From assembly GCA_004431415.1 (NCBI GenBank), contig QPMI01000059.1, positions 124,001 to 188,000 of the forward strand: a DNA stretch of 64,000 nt, given 5' to 3'. The notes under the pieces were generated by a model that saw only the letters and a program-made list of their open reading frames with translations, had not been told where the DNA came from and did no database searches. The position numbers were made by a program, and so were the translations under genes. This DNA comes from Cyanophora paradoxa CCMP329 (lineage: Eukaryota; Plantae; Glaucophyta). Positions 52,901 through 64,000 of the stretch are shown here, piece by piece. Position 1 is the first letter of the stretch, and every line of letters starts with the position of its first letter.

Positions 52901-55900
52901 GACGGAGCTGACGCGTCCCGCGGCGCAGGGCATTGACCTGACGTGGCACGTGGCGCGGAGCTGCCCCGCCGCTCTTCACTCGGACGACGCGCGGCTCCGC
53001 CAGGCGCGACGCCTCTAGATCTTGTCTCATTTCTACATTGTTTAGCTGACGAATGGAATCTATAACTGTAAAACAGATTTGCGTGAATGTCGTCGGAAAC
53101 GCAATCAAGGTCCCCCGGCCCTCCTCTTTCATCGTTTTTAGCTTCGTTTTACTGATCTTATAACTTATAACCCGCGCAGTTCACGAACGACGGCGAGGTC
53201 TCCCTCTCCGCCCGCGTCGAAGACTGCAGGCTCCTCATCGCCATCGCCGGTGCGTGCGACGTGTGGCCGATCGGGCCAGCCAGCCGCCCGCACTTCCCAC
53301 CTCTTGACGCGTGCCTTTGGCGTTGCTTCCGTCAGACTCTGGAATCGGGATCTCGGAAGAGGGTCTGAAGAAGCTCTTCTCCTGGTTCTACCAGGTCGAC
53401 ACGTCGCACGCCCGGAAGTACAACGGGACGGGGCTCGGGGTGCGACTTTCCATGCACCCTCGTATCTAGCTCGAGCTCGAGCTCGCTCGAACTCGCGCTG
53501 ATCCTTCCGCCCTTGTTTCCTCCAGCTCTTCATCAGCCGCAAGCTGGCCGAGCTGCTCGGGGGCGAGCTAACGGTCCACAGCGAGCCCGGGAGCGGCAGC
53601 GTCTTCACCCTCAGCATCCCCCTGGTGCGTATTTCATACTAGCACTGTTGTTCTGAAAACAACTTGTAGGTGTTAGAAAACGATGAACAGTTTCAAAAGA
53701 CCGGAAATTCAAGCTCACAATTACGACTCTTTTACGTTCCAGGCCGACGTGGTGCCTTCGCCGGAGGAGGCGGCGGAGGCGGCGGCGGCAGCGGAGCAGA
53801 CTACGGCCCCCGCGGCCACTGCCGGAGCCGGGGCCGAGGCGGCCGAGGTGGACGCGGATCCGGAAGCGCTGCCCCTCGCTGGGCGGACCGTCGCCCTCTG
53901 CACGCGGTCCTCCGTCACACGGGTCGGTTTTCGACGTCCCTGGGGGCTCCAGTGTCAATCAGAGTTCTCCGGGTGCTAACCGCGTCTCTGCCTCTGCCTT
54001 CGCCCTCAGGCGCTCGTGGGCGAGGCTCTCGAGGACGCCGGCGCCGTCGTCGTCCCTGTGCGCCCCGATCTCTTGTTTACCGATCTCTTAAGAGGCTCTT
54101 TAATTAAGAGGCTCTTTAATTAAGAGGCTTCAATTAAGAGGCTCTTAAGAGGCCCCTAATTATAATATAATCCCCTCCTCCTATAATATATATTCGGCCT
54201 CTTATAACGGATCCTTACGTATCATCGTGTCGGGGCCGCCGTCGTCCCCGTGCCGCAGTGCGCCCCGAATTATAATATAACCCCCCCTCCCCTTATAATG
54301 TATATTATAATATAATCCCCTCCCCCCCTCGATCCGTGCCCCGTATAATATATAATCCCCTCCTCCTATCATATATATTCGGCCTCTTATAACGGATCCT
54401 TACGTATCATCGTGTCGGCGCCGTCGTCGTCCCTGTGCGCCGCGCCCCGAATCCTTCCGCTCGCGCGCCGTCTCTATATTATGAGAGATCCTCCGGAAGA
54501 TTCATTATGTAGAAGATCTTCCAATCCTATCGAGATCTTCAGAAGAGGCCGGAAGATCCATAATACAGATCTTTCGGCCTCGTATTCCGCTCGGCCCCAA
54601 ATTAAATCCTTCCGCTCGCGCGCCGGCACCGCTTCTTTCGGGCTCTTATAATGATTTCGGCTCTTACCGATTCGGCTTCTTATTTACGGCCTCTTATTAC
54701 GGCTTCTTACGTGTCTTTCGGCCTGGTACACTTATTTTGGCTTCGGCTCCGCGCAGTTCGACTTCGACAGCGAGGAGCACCCGCCGGCGGACTGCGTCGT
54801 GCTCGACATCCCGCCCGGCCAGGCCGCCGCCAGCTTCCGGGTCCGCTCGTTCGGATCCGTTCATCCTTCGGCTTAGAGCTAGCACCCTCTATAAACGATT
54901 TGCATTCTCATTAGCACACAAAAACAACAACAACAAAACACAACAACTCTAATTAGGAGTGAGAGCTAGCTTGCGGTCTGATCTGATCTGATCTATCTTG
55001 CGGACTGGCCTCACTCAGGTCCCGCGCCCGGCCGCGGCGGCCGACTCGGATCCGGGGGCCCCGCCCCCGCCCTGTGTTGCCATGGCGCCGCACGCCTCCG
55101 CCCGCCTCGAGATCATACAGCAGGTCCAATTTCCCAGCATTTTCCAACCTCGAGCTCGCCGTTGTCTTTGGCGCCGTGCTGACATTCCCGCTCGATTCCG
55201 CAGTCCTGCGCGGCGGTGGTCAGCAAGCCAACGAAGCCGCGGTCCATCGTGAGGTGCGCTCACGAGAAGGGCCGAACCCCAAGCGGGGGCGCGCCCATCT
55301 GCAGCCAGCCAGCGCCTCCTTACAATCCCAAATTTAGATTGCGAGGCCTAGCGCCTAGAAACTAGGGGAGCACAAGGGGAATGGAGGTCGGATGGAGGGG
55401 AATCTGCAGGAGCAATATAAATCTAGGTCTAGACGCCTGAGTGGGACCTAGATCAACCCGCCCACACCCCCGGCCCCTCTCTCCCCTCCCCACGCCCCCG
55501 CCTTCTCCGATCCGATCCCATCCGATCCGATCCCGTTGATGACGCCTCGGTCGCCCTCGCCAATGGCCATCGTCACGGCGGTGGCTGCCGTCCATCAACC
55601 TCAGATCTAGATCTAAACTTAGATGCCTAGCGCCTGCTCCGCGCCTGAACGATAACTAGATCGATCCGACGCCTTTAGCTAGCGCTTCCTCCCCCGCACT
55701 TGCACGGGACCCAGAACTAGATCCCTCCCGCGCCTTTTCCCTCCCCGTGAACTGACGAAGCCTCTGTCTCCCCCGCCCGCCGTCAGGGCCGTGGCGGCCG
55801 CCCTGTACGGCGCGTCGCTCGCGCTCTCCATCCCGGGCCTGGCGGCGACGCCCGGGCACTCGCCCCCGGCCACGCCGGAGGACTGGCCCGGGGAGCGGAG

Positions 55901-58621
55901 GGGCGCCTTCAGCTACAGGGCCTCTCCGACGCCCCCCGCGAGCTCGGGCTCGGGCCGCACCAGTGCCAACCCACCCAACGACTTGCGGATCCTGGGTGCG
56001 CGCTGCGGCACCCGTTCTTGTCTCCAGAAACACTCGTGATCAGCGAGTGTCGTCGTCCTCCAAATGTGAAAGACACTGAGGAATAAGCTTATAATTAGCT
56101 CTAGCTCCTCCCCCTTCCGTGACGCTTCCATCTTCTCATCACAAGCGCCCGGCCGCTCCGCTCATTTCGCGTCTTCCCCTTTCTCCCGCAGTCGTGGAGG
56201 ACGTGGAGGTGAACCGCCGCATCGTGATGTGCATGCTCGAGAAGCGCGGCTACGTCGCCGTCTCCGCGGCCAGGTGCGAGTTGTAGGCCGGGGCGTGGAG
56301 ATGAATGGTAGACTCGGATATGATCATGAGTGCCGGTCGCTATAGAGTGGGCCGAAATTGAAGGCCTAGGGGATGATCAGAAGTGGCTTGATCATCATAT
56401 ATGCATGGCACGATGTGGTGCAGAACGTTAGCGGCCACATAATACCAACCTGCCCCATCTTAGGCCTTCACAAGCCGTGTATGACTCGCACTCTCACGTG
56501 CCCGCCTCCAGCATGTGCACGACGTCTTAGGCCTTCTTGAGCCATATATATGCGCTCATGATCAGCGGCTGCGACAACCCCCATGCTAACCCGCCCTCGG
56601 CCAGCAACGGGCTGGAGGCGGTGGAGGCGGCGCGGGCGGCGGCGGCGGCCGGCGCCCCCTTCCAGTGCGTGCTTCTCGACATCATGATGCCGGGTGCGTC
56701 CCACCTTGATGATCTCTTTCACCTTCGCTGTTCTCGAAGGCCTAGGCTCCCTGAAGGCCAAACAAAACGATGTCACACGCGGTTTCGTTGAACCCGCCGT
56801 TCCGAGCGCGCCTCAATTATCTACCTATTTTACTACTCAGCCTCAAATTCGAACCCGTCCGGGATCGCTAGCGCTGCCCCCGATCGCTGACGGCCCGCCT
56901 CAGTGATGGACGGCTTCACGGCCGCCCTAGATCGAAGGCAATTCTAATTGCTTATAAAACTATGTTATACGTATACGCGGCTATCTTGTGATTAGATTCG
57001 CCGTTTCCAAAACTGTGTTATAAACGTCGAAGATCGCTGACTCGCTATTTCACGGCCCCAGTTATGGACGGGTTCACGGCCGCCCGGCACATCCGCACGG
57101 AGCTGGCGCCCGAGTTCCAGCCGCACATCGTCGCCCTGTGCGTACGCGTCAGAAGCTTGAGACTTCAGCCTTTAAATCTGTGACGCGGTTCCACGCGATC
57201 GCATAGAACTATTAGAGTCGTGATCGCCTTGTTATTAATATATATATCCTTCCCTTCACGAGAGTCTCGCGTGATCTTGAAACGGCCTAGTCTCGCGATC
57301 ACATAGAGCTAGAAACGCGATCGCCTCTGTATATTAATCCCCTTCCCTTCCCGCGAGTCTCGCATGATCTTAAAACGGCCTAAATCAGCCTTAAAAGCAA
57401 CAAAGCTTCGGACCTCGCTTCTTACCTTCGCCCCGTGATCAGGACGGCGAACGCGATGGCGGGGGACCGCGAGGCGTGCCTCGCCGCCGGCTTCGACGGC
57501 TACCTCTCCAGTGCGCCCCCCCTCGTAGCGGCGCCCATATATAGAAAAACCTGTTGAAAATCTTAAGGTTTTCCATAGAACTTCAATAGAGGACTCCGAG
57601 AAGCCTCAAAGAAGCCTGCTCGTTTTTCCAATAGCTAGAAAAGCGTTCTTCAGCGCCGCCAGGTTGGACGGCTACCTCTCCAGTGCGCCAATTCCCACAC
57701 TATAGGAAAAAGCCCCTATATATATAGAAAAACCTGTAGAAAAGCTTTAGATTTTCCATAGAACATTAATAGAGGACTCCGAGAAGCCTCAAAGAAGCCT
57801 GCTCGTTTTTCCAATAGCTAGAAAAGCGTTCTTCAGCGCCGCCAGGTTGGACGGCTACCTCTCCAGTGCGCCAATTCCCGCTTTATAGGAAGAAGCCCCT
57901 ATATATAGAAAAACCTGTAGAAAAGCTTTAGATTTTCCATAGAACATTAATAGAGGACTCCGAGAAGCCTCAAAGAAGCCTGCTCGTTCCTCCAATAGCT
58001 AGAAAAGCGTTCTTCAGCGCCGCCAGGTTGGACGGCTACCTCTCCAGTGCGCCAATTAATATTCTCACATTATAGAATAGAAGAAGCCGTCTCGTTACTC
58101 CAACCCATAAATCTCCTGGAAAAGCGTCTCCTAGAAGAAACCATATGCATGTAGTTCCTCCTAGAAAAGCGTTCTAGCTCGGTCTCCAGCGCCGCGCTTT
58201 GACGGCTACCTCTCCAGTGCGCTTTCTCTCGCTTGATAGGAAGAAGCCCCTGCGCTCCTTTGATGTTGAACCCATAAAGAAGCGAAAAGCGTTCTAGCTC
58301 GACCTTTCTCTCTTTCTTCCATTCGAATACTTGACAATTGCGCCACCCCTAGCCTAGTAGCTTGTAAGTAGCGACTACTCGAGGCCCTTCGGCCTTGCTT
58401 TAAATTTGGACATTGGCATCCTATAAATAGCTAGATCTAGCGCTCTGTAGCCCTCGCAACTCTGACGCGCCTGCGACCCGCCCCGCCCCCGCCGCGCAGA
58501 GCCGGTGCGGAAGGAGGACCTCGTGGCGGCCCTGCGGCGCTGCGAGGAGGGCCTCGCGGGGCGGGCCGGGGCAGCAGTTGCAGGGGCCGCAGAGAACAGG
58601 GCCCCTGCACCCGCGCTCTGA
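43908..58621 (+). CDS. Hybrid sensor histidine kinase: ~4 GAF domains, HisKA, HATPase_c, degenerate REC, REC (many exons; further 5' exons probably extend toward ~42.1 kb)
   Basis: GAF ends W....E..L.R.[IV]AE..G.A[IM]AH at ~45.5, 47.4, 49.2 and 51.1 kb; [18 protein letters not shown] (H-box, 51529); [17 protein letters not shown]; DSGIGI; GTGLG-LFIS; VVEDVEVN; LLDIMMP-VMDG; [25 protein letters not shown]; TGA at 58619-58621. Confidence 0.92.
50105..50190. repeat. 18-bp intronic tandem repeat TTCGGGATCGATCGAC(G/A)T, ~4.5 copies; related copies at ~51192-51228
   Basis: Read directly from the sequence. Confidence 0.85.
57495..58222 (+). repeat. ~170-183-bp tandem repeat carrying the exon end plus splice donor GACGGCTACCTCTCCA|GTGCGC
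   Basis: The motif starts at 57495, 57667, 57850, 58031 and 58201. Confidence 0.9.
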
Positions 58622-61611
58622 TTGCAGTCAGTCTAACTCGAATTCCTGAATGTGGATGACGGTGCGACTTATGCTCGTGACCGGAAGAAAGCGACGGCTT
58701 TTTTTTCGACACAGCCGTACTCTCATTCCAAATCCACTTTTGCAAACAAGAACGTACCCTCATTCCAAGTTCTGGGCTCCGATACAACATTCCGTGGACG
58801 CGCGCGCCTCACGAATCGTGGTCGCGAAAGTCTGCAAGCGCCTGTGTGGCGCCCAGGGAATATTAAAGCGAGGTCTTTGGGGCGAATTCAAACGTGCAGG
58901 TCTGAAATATAATGATGTAGTGCGCCTCATGATCATGATCATGATCATGATGTAGTGCGGACGAGCACGGATATCGATCCGGATCACGCGATATCGATCG
59001 ACTTCAGCGGCTAGATCTGCAATGATTCTGCATATGCATGCGCAACAAGCGCGACCCCACCACGATTCTGAAAAGTGTCTTGACCCCACCACGTGCGCGA
59101 TATCGATACCCAGCAAGCGCTAGCGAGATCCATATGCATGACCAGCAAGCCATATGCGGTGGCCGGCCGTCCGACGGTCGGAATGAAACCGGGTACGGTA
59201 GGCGGAGTGATCATGAGGCCCTGAGGGGCAGCTCACTGAGATATATACTAGTTACTAGTATCGACGCCCACGCGCTATATATATATTTGCGCCAGCTGCA
59301 GTCCAGCAAACCGCGACCGCTAGCCGGAGGCTCGGAGCTCCGAGGCTCAGTAGATTGCAAGGGGGGGTCAGCTGCTCAATTGGAAACCCCCCTTGCAGCC
59401 CGGGGCCTTGCTACGCTGGATTGTCTGTCACGTTATATAGGCTAATTACAAGCCGGCCAGTTCGCAAGACGGACTTTTTCTCGTCACTGGTAAGTCGTTT
59501 TGTGGTACCCCGCTTTGGATAAGGCCGGCGCCGCCGGCTGTACATGTGTCTCTTTTTGCTGTATGAGCCTGTATATACTAGTATCCCGCGTTAAGTTAAT
59601 TGCCGGCTCCCGGGCCCCGGCCGCGCATGCGCAGCGCATGCGCAGCGCAGCCCGCGCGCAGCCGCCGCGCGCCAGCGCATTGCGCCATCGAGTGCGATCC
59701 ATGGCCAGTTGCAGCCGGAGCATGCGAGGCGGCTTCTATAGCTAGCACTCCCTTATTCTATAGGCAGCCGCGCCTCCGTCCCGCGGCCGCCGCGCGCGCG
59801 CCCGTTCGAATTCGATTCGCGGTGCCCCAGTGCGCATACTATGATATGCATGCCGCCGTGCGCATCGTTTGTTGCCGAGGCTCGCTAGATCTAGATAACG
59901 CAGCGCCTGCGCAGCGGGGAGGAGGCGCAGCGGGTGCATGTACGTGGCTGCAGCTGCTCGACTAGCTATAGGCGGGCGGGGCCGGCCGCGGGGGTATCCG
60001 GAGGCACCCGGTGACCGGTACCGTGGCACAGCGGGCGGCCGCGCGCGCGCGCGCGGCGCGCGCGGCTTACCGGGCGGCCGCGGGCCGGGGCGGAGGCGCG
60101 GCGGGCGGCGGCGCAGCTCGCCTACCAGGGTGGAGGCGCGGCGGGCGGCGGCGCGGCTTCAGGCTTGGCGGGACGGGCCGGCCGCGGAGGCGCGGCGGGC
60201 TGGGCTGGAGGCTGGAGGGCGGTGCGAAGGCGAGGGGAGCGGCGGCGCAGCGCGCAAGCTTAATTCATATAAGGCGCATGCGCAGGCGGGGCTCGCCAGG
60301 CGGTGCGAATTCGAACTTCGAAGGCGCGGGCCGGGGGGCGGTGCCACGGTGGTGCATGCAGCGCGCAAGGCTTTCAAGTTTGTAATTTGTTCTGCGCGGT
60401 CTTTTCATTAAGATTTCGCTAGCGTGGCTGTGAGATCGAGCGTTAGCTGCAGATCTAGATGGGTCTGGTTACGGCTATCACCGAAAACCATGGCTCCCCC
60501 ACTCAGGCGAACCTCCCATATTCAATGATTGAGCGACCCATGGCCGGCACCTAGCTAGCACCCTCGGCTAGATAGATGACCGGTCGGAAGGGCACGTCAC
60601 GTAGAACATTGATACATGTGCCGTGGTGTATATCATGTATCAATCCACTTTTGCAAATAAGTTGGTGGCCTTCGGCCAAAAGTTCGGCCAAAAGCTTGAG
60701 CTATAGCTCATCCAGTTAGTTCCGAGTTGAGTTTAGTACTGTACCCACCTTGTATATATCACTGTACCCCACCCTCGCGATCGATGTCCGCGCTCCTCTC
60801 CTGGCGCGTGGGGGCGACTTTGATGATGTTGCGCATCAACTACATCCTCATTGGACTCGCGAACATCGATATCGGAGTCCCCCGCTCTTCTGTATTGGGC
60901 GTCGTGTTGAGCGACACATTCGCGATCATCGGATCAGATTGGACTATGTGAGCATGCTTTTTTTGGAGCCGGAATCGCATTTCGACGGCGTCTTTTCAAC
61001 TTCTGAGAAAAACGTCTGGAGATATGAGTCTTCTCCACCTTTTTAGCGTCTTTGCGGGGCGTGCGATACGTTCTTTGTGCAGCGAGACGTACGAACAGAA
61101 ATTTGTATGAGAGCCAGGAACTTAGAATCAATTAACGGCTTGCGCCGAAAAAAAAATAGCTGCAGATCTAGATGCTGTCTCTATCATTTAGACCCCACCT
61201 TGCACATCCTGAGACGAGCTCGAGCGGGGGGCGCGAGCGCGAGTCGAAGACCTAGTATACTGTACCCGTCAGCCAGTGGCAGCGAGTACGTCATGACTCA
61301 TGATCATGATCAGCGACTGAGGGAGTCAGAGCCTCAGAGGGACCAGTGAGGGTACAATGAGGTACCGCGGTTAAACCGTTGAACGATTGCTTTGGCCAAT
61401 GGCGTTCGGGAACTTCATTCGAACAAATCGCCGCGGCGCGCGCGCGCAAACGCTATAACACACTGTATATATATGTATACGTACATGTACTATATATATA
61501 CGGTATATATATACGTATATGTATCGTGCGCAGCCTCCGGAGTCCGGATCCGCGCCGGGCCGCCGGGGCCGATCGAAAATCGAGGCTCCGACGGAGTCCG
61601 ACCTCGACGTA

Positions 61612-61834
61612 CCGTAGAACACATAAATACCGCGCCCACTTAATTACCGCGGTACCAAATTACCGCGCCGAGAATTTGTTAAAACGCGGTAATTTGGGAC
61701 CGCGGTAATTTGCTGCTGAGAAGTCGCCCCATACCGTACCCCCCATAATTACCGCTCAATACAAGCCTCAAATTTGTAAAAACGCGGTAATTTGGTATCG
61801 CGGTATTTTGCTCTATGCATGGCGGGCCGGGTTT
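61612..61834. mobile_element. Truncated inverted copy of the MITE at 26946-27213
   Basis: TA|CCGTAGAACACATAAATACCGCG...; closely matches the reverse complement of ~26990-27213. Confidence 0.8.
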
Positions 61835-61899
61835 CAGGCGAAGCCTCTTTCAGGCGAAGCCTCTTTCTCAAACCCAAAAACCGCCGACCGAAATTCCTT

Positions 61900-64000
61900 T
61901 TTTAACCTTTTTTTCCACTCGAGATCCCCCCTGCTAAATAATTTCCGTGTCGCACTCCCTCGAAGCAGAATTATTAATTCTGCCTCGACACGGACGCGAT
62001 TGATGGACATTACACAGCTGCCCGAACCGCCACAGACCCCTCTAGATCCATTTTTAGCGTCCTAGCTCCCCTAAGACGACCGCTCGCCCGTGGGCGTCGC
62101 ACGACATCGAATTTCCCTCTGGATCAATTCCGGTACTTAACCTCCGACAAATGCAGTCCGAGTCAGAAGGTGGGACCCGGTCCCGCCCGGTCCCGCGACG
62201 AAATCGCGCCAGGGACGCCCCAGAACGATACAGAATGACGCGCGAGGGCGAGCGCATCGCCGCAAACTCGGTTTCAAGCGCCGTCGACGCTCCAGTGCGA
62301 AGAGTCGGCCGAAAATTTGATCCAGCGCTAGCCGGTCCCGCCCGGTCCCGCGACGCGCGCAATCGATGCGTACTGGCGCGCATGGACATAGCAGGGCCTG
62401 CGCACCCCCGAAATCCGCTTTTCGGAGCCGGAAGAGCGCAGGAAGGTACCCGACGGCAAAAATTCGATCCTAGACAGGCCCGGAGATCTTTCCGCGCGCC
62501 CACGCCGCGGCGCATGCGCGGAACGATAGCATAAGCATTTGAGATGTAGAAGAAGCATTCCGCACGCTTTGCGTATGCGCCGGGCCGCGAGGACCCAGCC
62601 GACCCCGAAAATTCGATCCTGGACGGACCTGAACATCTTTCCGCGCGCCCTCGCATCCTCGCGCATGCGCATCGCTACAATATTCATTTGAGATTTTATC
62701 AAAGCCTTCCACAAGCTTCGAAGACGCGAAAGAGCACAAGAACCCAGCCGACCGCAAAAATTCGATCCTGGACAGGCCCGGGTATCTTTCCGCGCGCCCA
62801 CGCCGCGGCGCATGCGCGGAACAATAGTATAAGCATTTGAGATGTAGGCAAAGTCTTCCGCACGCTTTGCGTATGCGACGGGCCGCGAGGACCCAGCCGA
62901 CCCCGAAAATTCGATCCTGCATGGACCTGCACGTCTTTCCGCGTGCCCTCGCCTCGAGCTCCGCAGCCCCGCACATCGATGCTATATGCATTCAAGATTC
63001 TGTTTAAGCGATTCGCAAGCTCTGTGCATGCGCCTGGCCGCGAGAACCTTGCCCCTCCCGGGCCTCCCTCTCAACAATATTATATATAATTCATCTCCTC
63101 TAATCTCAACCTGCTCCGGCCTCCCTTTATTTCCTCGGTACATTAATATTCCTCTAGTTATATTCCTCTAGCCGGCCAGCGGTAGCTGGACTGGCCGTCA
63201 GCCGGCCAGCTTCCAACCAGCTGCAGAAAGCTGTTCGCGATCGGCCAGGCCGCTGGCCAGTGCCCTATAGGCCTACTGTGACAGCCGCGAGGGCGTCCGC
63301 GAGGCTTCGCCGTACTTAGTGCTCCGCAGGAGCACGGATCTTGTCTCAAACCCGGTCAACAACGAGCCAAATTCCGGTCGGATTCGAACCCGAAACTTTT
63401 CATCTCCCCTGTAAATAATTTCCCTGTCCAGCCTCCTCGTGAAAAATTAATAATTTTCCCTCGACACGTACGTGACGCTTCCCCCATCACACAGCTCCCC
63501 GAACCCCCACAGACCTCTCTAGATCCATTTTTAGCGTCCTGGCTCCCCTAAGACGATCGCTCTCCCGTGGGCATCGCGCGAAAATAGAATTTCCCTCTGG
63601 ATCAATGCCGGTACTTGAGATCCGACAAATGCAGTCCGAGTCAGAAGGTGGGACCCGGTCCCGCCCGGTCCCGCAACGAAATCGCGCCAGGAACGCCCCA
63701 GAACGATACAGAATGACGCGCGAGGACGAGCGCATCGCCGCAAGCTCGATTTCGGGCGCCCTCGACGCCCCAGTGCGAAGAGTCGGCCGAAAATTATTTA
63801 AATTTGATCCAGCCGGTCCCGCCCGGTCCCGCAACGCGCGCAATCGATGCGTACTGGCGCGCATACACATAGCAGCGCCTGCGCACCCCCGAAATCCGCT
63901 TTTCGGAGGCCCAATAGCGCAGGAAGTTACCCGACGGCAAAAATTCGATCCTCCACAGCCCCGGGCAACTTTCCGCGCGCCCACGCCGCGGCGCATGCGC
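61900..64000. repeat. Complex repeat: ~600-bp diverged direct repeat (~61900-62520 vs ~63390-64000) plus an internal ~300-bp tandem duplication (~62455-62945)
   Basis: Shared blocks such as GATCCATTTTTAGCGTCCT, GAGTCAGAAGGTGGGACCCGGTCCCG and AAAATTCGATCCT. Confidence 0.8.

Noticed and set aside
26946-61834. Giant transposon bounded by the inverted repeats at ~27.0 kb and ~61.7 kb
   Set aside because: The repeats point outward and are two dispersed MITE copies; no transposase lies between them.
58650-64000. Many short R/A/G/P-rich ORFs
   Set aside because: Expected from high GC content and repeats; no recognisable domains or consistent exon chain.

Overview
Eukaryotic genomic DNA from a GC-rich, intron-dense host (probably a protist or alga; not identifiable from sequence alone). 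The left 26.3 kb holds two related endogenous polinton-like viruses (PLVs) about 470 bp apart. Element A (1-~3350, left part outside the window) ends with fibre genes, an S-adenosylmethionine decarboxylase (AdoMetDC) homologue and a perfect 28-bp hairpin followed by CTAG. Element B (3816-26309, ~22.5 kb) is bounded by near-identical 661/662-bp terminal inverted repeats. It encodes a Dam-type adenine methyltransferase, a second AdoMetDC, a frameshifted protein-primed-PolB-like/SF1 helicase gene, an AT-hook protein, an A32-like packaging ATPase, a double-jelly-roll major capsid protein, two minor-capsid-like proteins, a patatin-discoidin fusion, a membrane-anchored giant fibre and a phage-like fibre cassette. 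It has no recognisable integrase or target-site duplication. The two elements share a syntenic fibre cassette in which conserved N-terminal anchors carry different C-terminal heads. To the right lie a dense MITE cluster (26.5-29.1 kb), four intron-rich host genes (OSCA/TMEM63 channel, glycine cleavage H protein, IST1, multi-GAF hybrid histidine kinase) and further repeats. Most short GC-rich ORFs beyond 26.3 kb are spurious. All family assignments come from motifs recognised by eye; no searches were run.
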